DNA of 64,000 nucleotides from Auanema rhodensis. Its lineage: Eukaryota; Animalia; Nematoda. Below the pieces are notes generated by a model. It did not search any database and was not told where the DNA came from. It saw only the letters and a list, made by a program, of their open reading frames with translations. The position numbers and the translations under genes were made by a program. Positions 42,901 to 57,425 of this stretch are shown piece after piece. The stretch covers positions 248,001 through 312,000 of the forward strand of contig CAXKVF010000073.1 of the NCBI GenBank assembly GCA_964057225.1, written 5' to 3'. Each line of letters opens with the position of its first letter. Within the stretch, counting starts at the first letter, position 1.

Positions 42901-45900
42901 TTTTAGACTAATATGGACATGGGGAATCAAATTGTGAAAACCGCATCTCTTTATCTTTCACGTGAAGCGAGTTACATACCAAGTGCACATCACGTGTACA
43001 TTTAATTAGCATAAATTAAAGTTCACGTAAATTTCAAAGTCATGGTTACCATGAACCAATATCAATAAAAATTTGTTTTTAGACTAATATGAACATGGGG
43101 AATCTAATTTTGAAAACCGCATCTCTTTATCTTTCACGTGAAGCGAGTTACATACCAAGTGCACATCACGTGTACATTTAATTAGCATAAATTAAAGTTC
43201 ACGTAAATTTCAAAGTCATGGTTACCATGCACCAATATCAATAAAAATTTGTTTTTAGACTAATATGGACATGGGGAATCTAATTTTGAAAACCGCATCT
43301 CTTTATCTTTCACGTGAAGCGAGTTACATACCAAGTGCACATCACGTGTACATTTAATTAGCATAAATTAAAGTTCACGTAAATTTCAAAGTCATGGTTA
43401 CCATGCACCAATATCAATAAAAATTTGTTTTTAGACTAATATGGACATGGGGAATCTAATTTTGAAAACCGCATCTCTTTATCTTTCACGTGAAGCGAGT
43501 TACATACCAAGTGCACATCACGTGTACATTCAATTAGCATAAATTAAAGTTCACGTAAATTTCAAAGTCATGGTTACCATGCACTCATATCAATAAAAAT
43601 TTGTTTTTAGACTAATATGGACATGGGGAATCTAATTTTGAAAACCGCATCTCTTTATCTTTCACGTGAAGCGAGTTACATACCAAGTGCACATCACGTA
43701 TACATTTAATTAGCATAAATTAAAGTTCACGTAAATTTCAAAGTCATGGTTACCATGAACCAATATCAATAAAAATTTGTTTTTAGACTAATATGGACAT
43801 GGGGAATCTAATTTTGAAAACCGTATCTCTTTATCTTTCACGTGAAGCGAGTTACATACCAAGTGCACATCACGTGTACATTTAATAAGCATAAATTAAA
43901 GTTCACGTAAATTTCAAAGTCATGGTTACCATGCACCAATATCAATAAAAATTTGTTTTTAGACTAATATGGACATGGGGAATCTAATTTTGAAAACCGC
44001 ATCTCTTTATCTTACACGTCAAGCGAGTTACATACCAAGTGCACATCACGTGTACATTTAATTAGCATAAATTAAAGTTCACGTAAATTTCAAAGTCATG
44101 GTTACCATGCACCAATATCAATAAAAATTTGTTTTTAGACTAATATGGACATGGGGAATCAAATTGTGAAAACCGCATCTCTTTATCTTTCACGTGAAGC
44201 GAGTTACATACCAAGTGCACATCACGTGTACATTTAATTAGCATAAATTAAAGTTCACGTAAATTTCAAAGTCATGGTTACCATGCACCAATATCAATAA
44301 AAATTTGTTTTTAGACTAATATGGACATGGGGAATCTAATTTTGAAAACCGCATCTCTTTATCTTTCACGTGAAGCGAGTTACATACCAAGTGCACATCA
44401 CGTGTACATTCAATTAGCATAAATTAAAGTTCACGTAAATTTCAAAGTCATGGTTACCATGAACCAATATCAATAAAAATTTGTTTTTAGACTAATATGG
44501 ACATGGGGAATCTAATTTTGAAAACCGCATCTCTTTATCTTTCACGTGAAGCGAGTTACATACCAAGTGCACATCACGTGTAAATTTAATTAGCATAAAT
44601 TAAAGTTCACGTAAATTTCAAAGTCATGGTTACCATGAACCAATATCAATAAAAATTTGTTTTTAGACTAATATGAACATGGGGAATCTAATTTTGAAAA
44701 CCGCATCTCTTTATCTTTCACGTGAAGCGAGTTACATACCAAGTGCACATCACGTGTAAATTTAATTAGCATAAATTAAAGTTCACGTAAATTTCAAAGT
44801 CATGGTTACCATGAACCAATATCAATAAAAGTTTGTTTTTAGACTAATATGGACATGGGGAATCAAATTTTGAAAACCGCATCTCTTTATCTTTCACGTG
44901 AAGCGAGTTACATACCAAGTGCACATCATGTGTACATTTAATTAGCATAAATTAAAGTTCACGTAAATTTCAAAGTCATGGTTATCATGAACCAATATCA
45001 ATAAAAATTTGTTTTTAGACTAATATTGACATGGGGAATCTAATTTTGAAAACCGCATCTCTTTATCTTTCACGTGAAGCGAGTTACATACCAAGTGCAC
45101 ATCACGTGTACATTTAATTAGCATAAATTAAAGTTCACGTAAATTTCAAAGTCATGGTTACCATGCACCAATATCAATAAAAATTTGTTTTTAGACTAAT
45201 ATGGACATGGGGAATCAAATTGTGAAAACCGCATCTCTTTATCTTTCACGTGAAGCGAGTTACATACCAAGTGCACATCACGTGTACATTTAATTAGCAT
45301 AAATTAAAGTTCACGTAAATTTCAAAGTCATGGTTACCATGAACCAATATCAATAAAAATTTGTTTTTAGACTAATATGAACATGGGGAATCTAATTTTA
45401 AAAACCGCATCTCTTTATCTTTCACGTGAAGCGAGTTACATACCAAGTGCACATCACGTGTACATTTAATTAGCATAAATTAAAGTTCACGTAAATTTCA
45501 AAGTCATGGTTACCATGAACCAATATCAATAAAAATTTGTTTTTAGACTAATATGGACATGGGGAATCTAATTTTGAAAACCGCATCTCTTTATCTTTCA
45601 CGTGAAGCGAGTTACATACCAAGTGCACATCACGTGTAAATTTAATTAGCATAAATTAAAGTTCACGTAAATTTCAAAGTCATGGTTACCATGAACCAAT
45701 ATCAATAAAAATTTGTTTTTAGACTAATATGAACATGGGGAATCTAATTTTGAAAACCGCATCTCTTTATCTTTCACGTGAAGCGAGTTACATACCAAGT
45801 GCACATCACGTGTAAATTTAATTAGCATAAATTAAAGTTCACGTAAATTTCAAAGTCATGGTTACCATGAACCAATATCAATAAAAGTTTGTTTTTAGAC

Positions 45901-48900
45901 TAATATGGACATGGGGAATCAAATTTTGAAAACCGCATCTCTTTATCTTTCACGTGAAGCGAGTTACATACCAAGTGCACATCATGTGTACATTTAATTA
46001 GCATAAATTAAAGTTCACGTAAATTTCAAAGTCATGGTTATCATGAACCAATATCAATAAAAATTTGTTTTTAGACTAATATGGACATGGGGAATCTAAT
46101 TTTGAAAACCGCATCTCTTTATCTTTCACGTGAAGCGAGTTACATACCAAGTGCACATCACGTGTACATTTAATTAGCATAAATTAAAGTTCACGTAAAT
46201 TTCAAAGTCATGGTTACCATGCACCAATATCAATAAAAATTTGTTTTTAGACTAATATGGACATGGGGAATCAAATTGTGAAAACCGCATCTCTTTATCT
46301 TTCACGTGAAGCGAGTTACATACCAAGTGCACATCACGTGTACATTTAATTAGCATAAATTAAAGTTCACGTAAATTTCAAAGTCATGGTTACCATGAAC
46401 CAATATCAATAAAAATTTGTTTTTAGACTAATATGAACATGGGGAATCTAATTTTGAAAACCGCATCTCTTTATCTTTCACGTGAAGCGAGTTACATACC
46501 AAGTGCACATCACGTGTACATTTAATTAGCATAAATTAAAGTTCACGTAAATTTCAAAGTCATGGTTACCATGCACCAATATCAATAAAAATTTGTTTTT
46601 AGACTAATATGGACATGGGGAATCTAATTTTGAAAACCGCATCTCTTTATCTTTCACGTGAAGCGAGTTACATACCAAGTGCACATCACGTGTACATTTA
46701 ATTAGCATAAATTAAAGTTCACGTAAATTTCAAAGTCATGGTTACCATGCACCAATATCAATAAAAATTTGTTTTTAGACTAATATGGACATGGGGAATC
46801 TAATTTTGAAAACCGCATCTCTTTATCTTTCACGTGAAGCGAGTTACATACCAAGTGCACATCACGTGTACATTCAATTAGCATAAATTAAAGTTCACGT
46901 AAATTTCAAAGTCATGGTTACCATGCACTCATATCAATAAAAATTTGTTTTTAGACTAATATGGACATGGGGAATCTAATTTTGAAAACCGCATCTCTTT
47001 ATCTTTCACGTGAAGCGAGTTACATACCAAGTGCACATCACGTATACATTTAATTAGCATAAATTAAAGTTCACGTAAATTTCAAAGTCATGGTTACCAT
47101 GAACCAATATCAATAAAAATTTGTTTTTAGACTAATATGGACATGGGGAATCTAATTTTGAAAACCGCATCTCTTTATCTTTCACGTGAAGCGAGTTACA
47201 TACCAAGTGCACATCACGTGTACATTTAATAAGCATAAATTAAAGTTCACGTAAATTTCAAAGTCATGGTTACCATGCACCAATATCAATAAAAATTTGT
47301 TTTTAGACTAATATGGACATGGGGAATCTAATTTTGAAAACCGCATCTCTTTATCTTACACGTCAAGCGAGTTACATACCAAGTGCACATCACGTGTACA
47401 TTTAATTAGCATAAATTAAAGTTCACGTAAATTTCAAAGTCATGGTTACCATGCACCAATATCAATAAAAATTTGTTTTTAGACTAATATGGACATGGGG
47501 AATCAAATTGTGAAAACCGCATCTCTTTATCTTTCACGTGAAGCGAGTTACATACCAAGTGCACATCACGTGTACATTTAATTAGCATAAATTAAAGTTC
47601 ACGTAAATTTCAAAGTCATGGTTACCATGCACCAATATCAATAAAAATTTGTTTTTAGACTAATATGGACATGGGGAATCTAATTTTGAAAACCGCATCT
47701 CTTTATCTTTCACGTGAAGCGAGTTACATACCAAGTGCACATCACGTGTACATTCAATTAGCATAAATTAAAGTTCACGTAAATTTCAAAGTCATGGTTA
47801 CCATGCACCCATATCAATAAAAATTTGTTTTTAGACTAATATGGACATGGGGAATCTAATTTTGAAAACCGCATCTCTTTATCTTTCACGTGAAGCGAGT
47901 TACATACCAAGTGCACATCACGTGTACATTTAATTAGCATGAATTAAAGTTCACGTAAATTTCAAAGTCATGGTTACCATGAACCAATATCAATAAAAAT
48001 TTGTTTTTAGACTAATATGGACATGGGGAATCTAATTTTGAAAACCGCATCTCTTTATCTTTCACGTGAAGCGAGTTACATACCAAGTGCACATCACGTG
48101 TACATTTAATTAGCATAAATTAAAGTTCACATAAATTTCAAAGTCATGGTTACCATGAACCAATATCAATAAAAATTTGTTTTTAGACTAATATGGACAT
48201 GGGGAATCTAATTTTGAAAACCGCATCTCTTTATCTTTCACGTGAAGCGAGTTACATACCAAGTGCACATCACGTGTACATTTAATTAGCATAAATTAAA
48301 GTTCACGTAAATTTCAAAGTCATGGTTACCATGCACCAATATCAATAAAAATTTGTTTTTAGACTAATATGGACATGGGGAATCTAATTTTGAAAACCGC
48401 ATCTCTTTATCTTTCACGTGAAGCGAGTTACATACCAAGTGCACATCACGTGTACATTCAATTAGCATAAATTAAAGTTCACGTAAATTTCAAAGTCATG
48501 GTTACCATGCACTCATATCAATAAAAATTTGTTTTTAGACTAATATGGACATGGGGAATCTAATTTTGAAAACCGCATCTCTTTATCTTTCACGTGAAGC
48601 GAGTTACATACCAAGTGCACATCACGTATACATTTAATTAGCATAAATTAAAGTTCACGTAAATTTCAAAGTCATGGTTACCATGAACCAATATCAATAA
48701 AAATTTGTTTTTAGACTAATATGGACATGGGGAATCTAATTTTGAAAACCGCATCTCTTTATCTTTCACGTGAAGCGAGTTACATACCAAGTGCACATCA
48801 CGTGTACATTTAATAAGCATAAATTAAAGTTCACGTAAATTTCAAAGTCATGGTTACCATGCACCAATATCAATAAAAATTTGTTTTTAGACTAATATGG

Positions 48901-49814
48901 ACATGGGGAATCTAATTTTGAAAACCGCATCTCTTTATCTTACACGTCAAGCGAGTTACATACCAAGTGCACATCACGTGTACATTTAATTAGCATAAAT
49001 TAAAGTTCACGTAAATTTCAAAGTCATGGTTACCATGCACCAATATCAATAAAAATTTGTTTTTAGACTAATATGGACATGGGGAATCAAATTGTGAAAA
49101 CCGCATCTCTTTATCTTTCACGTGAAGCGAGTTACATACCAAGTGCACATCACGTGTACATTTAATTAGCATAAATTAAAGTTCACGTAAATTTCAAAGT
49201 CATGGTTACCATGCACCAATATCAATAAAAATTTGTTTTTAGACTAATATGGACATGGGGAATCTAATTTTGAAAACCGCATCTCTTTATCTTTCACGTG
49301 AAGCGAGTTACATACCAAGTGCACATCACGTGTACATTCAATTAGCATAAATTAAAGTTCACGTAAATTTCAAAGTCATGGTTACCATGCACCCATATCA
49401 ATAAAAATTTGTTTTTAGACTAATATGGACATGGGGAATCTAATTTTGAAAACCGCATCTCTTTATCTTTCACGTGAAGCGAGTTACATACCAAGTGCAC
49501 ATCACGTGTACATTTAATTAGCATGAATTAAAGTTCACGTAAATTTCAAAGTCATGGTTACCATGAACCAATATCAATAAAAATTTGTTTTTAGACTAAT
49601 ATGGACATGGGGAATCTAATTTTGAAAACCGCATCTCTCTATCTTTCACGTGAAGCGAGTTACATACCAAGTGCACATCACGTGTACATTTAATTAGCAT
49701 AAATTAAAGTTCACATAAATTTCAAAGTCATGGTTACCATGAACCAATATCAATAAAAATTTGTTTTTAGACTAATATGGACATGGGGAATCTAATTTTG
49801 AAAACCGCATCTCT
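39959..49814 (+). repeat. Nested HOR domain: 6-mer (1056 bp) x3, 19-mer (3344 bp) duplication, 9-mer (1584 bp) duplication
   Basis: catcaTgtg at 40529, 41585, 42641 (1056 apart) and at 44929, 45985. atTgac at 41683/45027 and cttAcacgtC at 44014/47358 (3344 apart). cttAcacgtC at 47358/48942 and ttcacAta at 48131/49715 (1584 apart). Confidence 0.88.
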
Positions 49815-52800
49815 TTATCTTTCACGTGAAGCGAGTTACATACCAAGTGCACATCACGTGTACATTTAATTAGCATAAATTAAAGTTCACGTAAATTTCA
49901 AAGTCATGGTTACCATGCACCAATATCAATAAAAATTTGTTTTTAGACTAATATGGACATGGGGAATCTAATTTTGAAAACCACATCTCTTTATCTTTCA
50001 CGTGAAGCGAGTTACATACCAAGTGCACATCACGTGTACATTTAATTAGAATAAATTAAAGTTCACGTAAATTTCAAAGTCATGGTTACCATGCACCAAT
50101 ATCAATAAAAATTTGTTTTTAGACTAATATGGACATGGGGAATCTAATTTTGAAAACCACATCTCTTTATCTTTCACGTGAAGCGAGTTACATACCAAGT
50201 GCACATCACGTGTACATTTAATTAGAATAAATTAAAGTTCGCGTAAATTTCAAAGTCATGGTTACCATGCACCAATATCAATAAAAATTTGTTTTTAGAC
50301 TAATATGGACATGGGGAATCTAATTTTGAAAACCGCATCTCTTTATCTTTCACGTGAAGCGAGTTACATACCAAGTGCACATCACGTGTACATTTAATTA
50401 GCATAAATTAAAGTTCACGTAAATTTCAAAGTCATGGTTACCATGAACCAATATCAATAAAAATTTGTTTTTAGACTAATATGGACATGGGGAATCTAAT
50501 TTTGAAAACCGCATCTCTTTATCTTTCACGTGAAGCGAGTTACATACCAAGTGCACATCACGTGTACATTTAATTAGCATAAATTAAAGTTCACGTAATT
50601 TTCAAAGTCATGGTTACCATGAACCAATATCAATAAAAATTTGTTTTTAGACTAATATGGACATGGCGAATCTAATTTTGAAAACCGCATCTCTTTATCT
50701 TTCACGTGAAGCGAGTTACATACCAAGTGCACATCACGTGTAAATTTAATTAGCATAAATTAAAGTTCACGTAAATTTCAAAGTCATGGTTACCATGAAC
50801 CAATATCAATAAAAATTTGTTTTTAGACTAATATGGACATGGGGAATCAAATTGTGAAAACCGCATCTCTTTATCTTTCACGTGAAGCGAGTTACATACC
50901 AAGTGCACATCACGTGTACATTTAATTAGCATAAATTAAAGTTCACGTAAATTTCAAAGTCATGGTTACCATGAACCAATATCAATAAAAATTTGTTTTT
51001 AGACTAATATGAACATGGGGAATCTAATTTTGAAAACCGCATCTCTTTATCTTTCACGTGAAGCGAGTTACATACCAAGTGCACATCACGTGTACATTTA
51101 ATTAGCATAAATTAAAGTTCACGTAAATTTCAAAGTCATGGTTACCATGCACCAATATCAATAAAAATTTGTTTTTAGACTAATATGGACATGGGGAATC
51201 TAATTTTGAAAACCGCATCTCTTTATCTTTCACGTGAAGCGAGTTACATACCAAGTGCACATCACGTGTACATTTAATTAGCATAAATTAAAGTTCACGT
51301 AAATTTCAAAGTCATGGTTACCATGCACCAATATCAATAAAAATTTGTTTTTAGACTAATATGGACATGAGGAATCTAATTTTGAAAACCGCATCTCTTT
51401 ATCTTTCACGTGAAGCGAGTTACATACCAAGTGCACATCACGTGTACATTTAATTAGCATAAATTAAAGTTCACGTAAATTTCAAAGTCATGGTTACCAT
51501 GAACCAATATCAATAAAAATTTGTTTTTAGACTAATATGGACATGGGGAATCTAATTTTGAAAACCGCATCTCTTTATCTTTCACGTGAAGCGAGTTACA
51601 TACCAAGTGCACATCACGTGTACATTTAATTAGCATAAATTAAAGTTCACGTAAATTTCAAAGTCATGGTTACCATGAACCAATATCAATAAAAATTTGT
51701 TTTTAGACTAATATGGACATGGGGAATCTAATTTTGAAAACCGCATCTCTTTATCTTTCACGTGAAGCGAGTTACATACCAAGTGCACATCACGTGTACA
51801 TTTAATTAGCATAAATTAAAGTTCACGTAAATTTCAAAGTCATGGTTACCATGAACCAATATCAATAAAAATTTGTTTTTAGACTAATATGGACATGGGG
51901 AATCTAATTTTGAAAACCGCATCTCTTTATCTTTCACGTGAAGCGAGTTACATACCAAGTGCACATCACGTGTACATTTAATTAGCATAAATTAAAGTTC
52001 ACGTAAATTTCAAAGTCATGGTTACCATGAACCAATATCAATAAAAATTTGTTTTTAGACTAATATGGACATGGGGAATCTAATTTTGAAAACCGCATCT
52101 CTTTATCTTTCACGTGAAGCGAGTTACATACCAAGTGCACATCACGTGTACATTTAATTAGCATAAATTAAAGTTCACGTAAATTTCAAAGTCATGGTTA
52201 CCATGAACCAATATCAATAAAAATTTGTTTTTAGACTAATATGGACATGGGGAATCTAATTTTGAAAACCGCATCTCTTTATCTTTCACGTGAAGCGAGT
52301 TACATACCAAGTGCACATCATGTGTACATTTAATTAGCATAAATTAAAGTTCACGTAAATTTCAAAGTCATGGTTATCATGAACCAATATCAATAAAAAT
52401 TTGTTTTTAGACTAATATGGACATGGGGAATCTAATTTTGAAAACCGCATCTCTTTATCTTTCACGTGAAGCGAGTTACATACCAAGTGCACATCACGTG
52501 TACATTTAATTAGCATAAATTAAAGTTCACGTAAATTTCAAAGTCATGGTTACCATGCACCAATATCAATAAAAATTTGTTTTTAGACTAATATGGACAT
52601 GGGGAATCAAATTGTGAAAACCGCATCTCTTTATCTTTCACGTGAAGCGAGTTACATACCAAGTGCACATCACGTGTACATTTAATTAGCATAAATTAAA
52701 GTTCACGTAAATTTCAAAGTCATGGTTACCATGAACCAATATCAATAAAAATTTGTTTTTAGACTAATATGAACATGGGGAATCTAATTTTGAAAACCGC

Positions 52801-55800
52801 ATCTCTTTATCTTTCACGTGAAGCGAGTTACATACCAAGTGCACATCACGTGTACATTTAATTAGCATAAATTAAAGTTCACGTAAATTTCAAAGTCATG
52901 GTTACCATGCACCAATATCAATAAAAATTTGTTTTTAGACTAATATGGACATGGGGAATCTAATTTTGAAAACCGCATCTCTTTATCTTTCACGTGAAGC
53001 GAGTTACATACCAAGTGCACATCACGTGTACATTTAATTAGCATAAATTAAAGTTCACGTAAATTTCAAAGTCATGGTTACCATGCACCAATATCAATAA
53101 AAATTTGTTTTTAGACTAATATGGACATGGGGAATCTAATTTTGAAAACCGCATCTCTTTATCTTTCACGTGAAGCGAGTTACATACCAAGTGCACATCA
53201 CGTGTACATTTAATTAGCATAAATTAAAGTTCACGTAAATTTCAAAGTCATGGTTACCATGCACTCATATCAATAAAAATTTGTTTTTAGACTAATATGG
53301 ACATGGGGAATCTAATTTTGAAAACCGCATCTCTTTATCTTTCACGTGAAGCGAGTTACATACCAAGTGCACATCACGTATACATTTAATTAGCATAAAT
53401 TAAAGTTCACGTAAATTTCAAAGTCATGGTTACCATGAACCAATATCAATAAAAATTTGTTTTTAGACTAATATGGACATGGGGAATCTAATTTTGAAAA
53501 CCGCATCTCTTTATCTTTCACGTGAAGCGAGTTACATACCAAGTGCACATCACGTGTACATTTAATAAGCATAAATTAAAGTTCACGTAAATTTCAAAGT
53601 CATGGTTACCATGCACCAATATCAATAAAAATTTGTTTTTAGACTAATATGGACATGGGGAATCTAATTTTGAAAACCGCATCTCTTTATCTTACACGTG
53701 AAGCGAGTTACATACCAAGTGCACATCACGTGTACATTTAATTAGCATAAATTAAAGTTCACGTAAATTTCAAAGTCATGGTTACCATGCACCAATATCA
53801 ATAAAAATTTGTTTTTAGACTAATATGGACATGGGGAATCAAATTGTGAAAACCGCATCTCTTTATCTTTCACGTGAAGCGAGTTACATACCAAGTGCAC
53901 ATCACGTGTACATTTAATTAGCATAAATTAAAGTTCACGTAAATTTCAAAGTCATGGTTACCATGCACCAATATCAATAAAAATTTGTTTTTAGACTAAT
54001 ATGGACATGGGGAATCTAATTTTGAAAACCGCATCTCTTTATCTTTCACGTGAAGCGAGTTACATACCAAGTGCACATCACGTGTACATTTAATAAGCAT
54101 AAATTAAAGTTCACGTAAATTTCAAAGTCATGGTTACCATGCACCAATATCAATAAAAATTTGTTTTTAGACTAATATGGACATGGGGAATCTAATTTTG
54201 AAAACCGCATCTCTTTATCTTACACGTGAAGCGAGTTACATACCAAGTGCACATCACGTGTACATTTAATTAGCATAAATTAAAGTTCACGTAAATTTCA
54301 AAGTCATGGTTACCATGCACCAATATCAATAAAAATTTGTTTTTAGACTAATATGGACATGGGGAATCAAATTGTGAAAACCGCATCTCTTTATCTTTCA
54401 CGTGAAGCGAGTTACATACCAAGTGCACATCACGTGTACATTTAATTAGCATAAATTAAAGTTCACGTAAATTTCAAAGTCATGGTTACCATGCACCAAT
54501 ATCAATAAAAATTTGTTTTTAGACTAATATGGACATGGGGAATCTAATTTTGAAAACCGCATCTCTTTATCTTTCACGTGAAGCGAGTTACATACCAAGT
54601 GCACATCACGTGTACATTCAATTAGCATAAATTAAAGTTCACGTAAATTTCAAAGTCATGGTTACCATGCACCCATATCAATAAAAATTTGTTTTTAGAC
54701 TAATATGGACATGGGGAATCTAATTTTGAAAACCGCATCTCTTTATCTTTCACGTGAAGCGAGTTACATACCAAGTGCACATCACGTGTACATTTAATTA
54801 GCATGAATTAAAGTTCACGTAAATTTCAAAGTCATGGTTACCATGAACCAATATCAATAAAAATTTGTTTTTAGACTAATATGGACATGGGGAATCTAAT
54901 TTTGAAAACCGCATCTCTTTATCTTTCACGTGAAGCGAGTTACATACCAAGTGCACATCACGTGTACATTTAATTAGCATAAATTAAAGTTCACATAAAT
55001 TTCAAAGTCATGGTTACCATGAACCAATATCAATAAAAATTTTTTTTAGACTAATATGGACATGGGGAATCTAATTTTGAAAACCGCATCTCTTTATCTT
55101 TCACGTGAAGCGAGTTACATACCAAGTGCACATCACGTGTACATTTAATTAGCATAAATTAAAGTTCACGTAAATTTCAAAGTCATGGTTACCATGCACC
55201 AATATCAATAAAAATTTGTTTTTAGACTAATATGGACATGGGGAATCTAATTTTGAAAACCGCATCTCTTTATCTTTCACGTGAAGCCAGTTACATACCA
55301 AGTGCACATCACGTGTACATTCAATTAGCATAAATTAAAGTTCACGTAAATTTCAAAGTCATGGTTACCATGCACTCATATCAATAAAAATTTGTTTTTA
55401 GACTAATATGGACATGGGGAATCTAATTTTGAAAACCGCATCTCTTTATCTTTCACGTGAAGCGAGTTACATACCAAGTGCACATCACGTATACATTTAA
55501 TTAGCATAAATTAAAGTTCACGTAAATTTCAAAGTCATGGTTACCATGAACCAATATCAATAAAAATTTGTTTTTAGACTAATATGGACATGGGGAATCT
55601 AATTTTGAAAACCGCATCTCTTTATCTTTCACGTGAAGCGAGTTACATACCAAGTGCACATCACGTGTACATTTAATAAGCATAAATTAAAGTTCACGTA
55701 AATTTCAAAGTCATGGTTACCATGCACCAATATCAATAAAAATTTGTTTTTAGACTAATATGGACATGGGGAATCTAATTTTGAAAACCGCATCTCTTTA

Positions 55801-57271
55801 TCTTACACGTGAAGCGAGTTACATACCAAGTGCACATCACGTGTACATTTAATTAGCATAAATTAAAGTTCACGTAAATTTCAAAGTCATGGTTACCATG
55901 CACCAATATCAATAAAAATTTGTTTTTAGACTAATATGGACATGGGGAATCTAATTTTGAAAACCGCATCTCTTTATCTTTCACGTGAAGCGAGTTACAT
56001 ACCAAGTGCACATCACGTGTACATTTAATAAGCATAAATTAAAGTTCACGTAAATTTCAAAGTCATGGTTACCATGCACCAATATCAATAAAAATTTGTT
56101 TTTAGACTAATATGGACATGGGGAATCTAATTTTGAAAACCGCATCTCTTTATCTTACACGTGAAGCGAGTTACATACCAAGTGCACATCACGTGTACAT
56201 TTAATTAGCATAAATTAAAGTTCACGTAAATTTCAAAGTCATGGTTACCATGCACCAATATCAATAAAAATTTGTTTTTAGACTAATATGGACATGGGGA
56301 ATCAAATTGTGAAAACCGCATCTCTTTATCTTTCACGTGAAGCGAGTTACATACCAAGTGCACATCACGTGTACATTTAATTAGCATAAATTAAAGTTCA
56401 CGTAAATTTCAAAGTCATGGTTACCATGCACCAATATCAATAAAAATTTGTTTTTAGACTAATATGGACATGGGGAATCTAATTTTGAAAACCGCATCTC
56501 TTTATCTTTCACGTGAAGCGAGTTACATACCAAGTGCACATCACGTGTACATTCAATTAGCATAAATTAAAGTTCACGTAAATTTCAAAGTCATGGTTAC
56601 CATGCACCCATATCAATAAAAATTTGTTTTTAGACTAATATGGACATGGGGAATCTAATTTTGAAAACCGCATCTCTTTATCTTTCACGTGAAGCGAGTT
56701 ACATACCAAGTGCACATCACGTGTACATTTAATTAGCATGAATTAAAGTTCACGTAAATTTCAAAGTCATGGTTACCATGAACCAATATCAATAAAAATT
56801 TGTTTTTAGACTAATATGGACATGGGGAATCTAATTTTGAAAACCGCATCTCTTTATCTTTCACGTGAAGCGAGTTACATACCAAGTGCACATCACGTGT
56901 ACATTTAATTAGCATAAATTAAAGTTCACATAAATTTCAAAGTCATGGTTACCATGAACCAATATCAATAAAAATTTGTTTTTAGACTAATATGGACATG
57001 GGGAATCTAATTTTGAAAACCGCATCTCTTTATCTTTCACGTGAAGCGAGTTACATACCAAGTGCACATCACGTGTACATTTAATTAGCATAAATTAAAG
57101 TTCACGTAAATTTCAAAGTCATGGTTACCATGAACCAGTATCAATAAAAGTTTGTTTTTAGACTAATATGGACATGGGGAATCAAATTTTGAAAACCGCA
57201 TCTCTTTATCTTTCACGTGAAGCGAGTTACATACCAAGTGCACATCACGTGTACATTTAATTAGCATAAAT

Positions 57272-57330
57272 ACAAATTTTTATTGATATTGGTGCATGGT
57301 AACCATGACTTTGAAATTTACGTGAACTTT
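57272..57330 (-). repeat. Inverted 59-bp satellite fragment (reverse complement of monomer positions 68-126) embedded in a 220-bp aberrant monomer
   Basis: acaaatttttattgatattggtgcatggtaaccatgactttgaaatttacgtgaacttt is the exact reverse complement of aaagttcacgtaaatttcaaagtcatggttaccatgcaccaatatcaataaaaatttgt. Monomer starts at 57206 and 57426 are 220 bp apart. Confidence 0.97.
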
Positions 57331-57425
57331 TTGAACAGTCATGGTTACCATGCACCAATATCAATAAAAATTTGTTTTTAGACTAATATGGACATGGGGA
57401 ATCTAATTTTGAAAACCGCATCTCT

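Noticed and set aside
55036-55050. 175-bp monomer (G deletion), and the G>T change at 4703, as meaningful variants
   Set aside because: Both are singletons inside T homopolymer runs, which are typical of sequencing or polishing error. The deletion was used only for register accounting.
57272-57375. MITE/transposon with terminal inverted repeats, or an intrinsic terminator
   Set aside because: Both arms are satellite sequence, there is no target-site duplication or foreign internal DNA, and there is no transcription unit.
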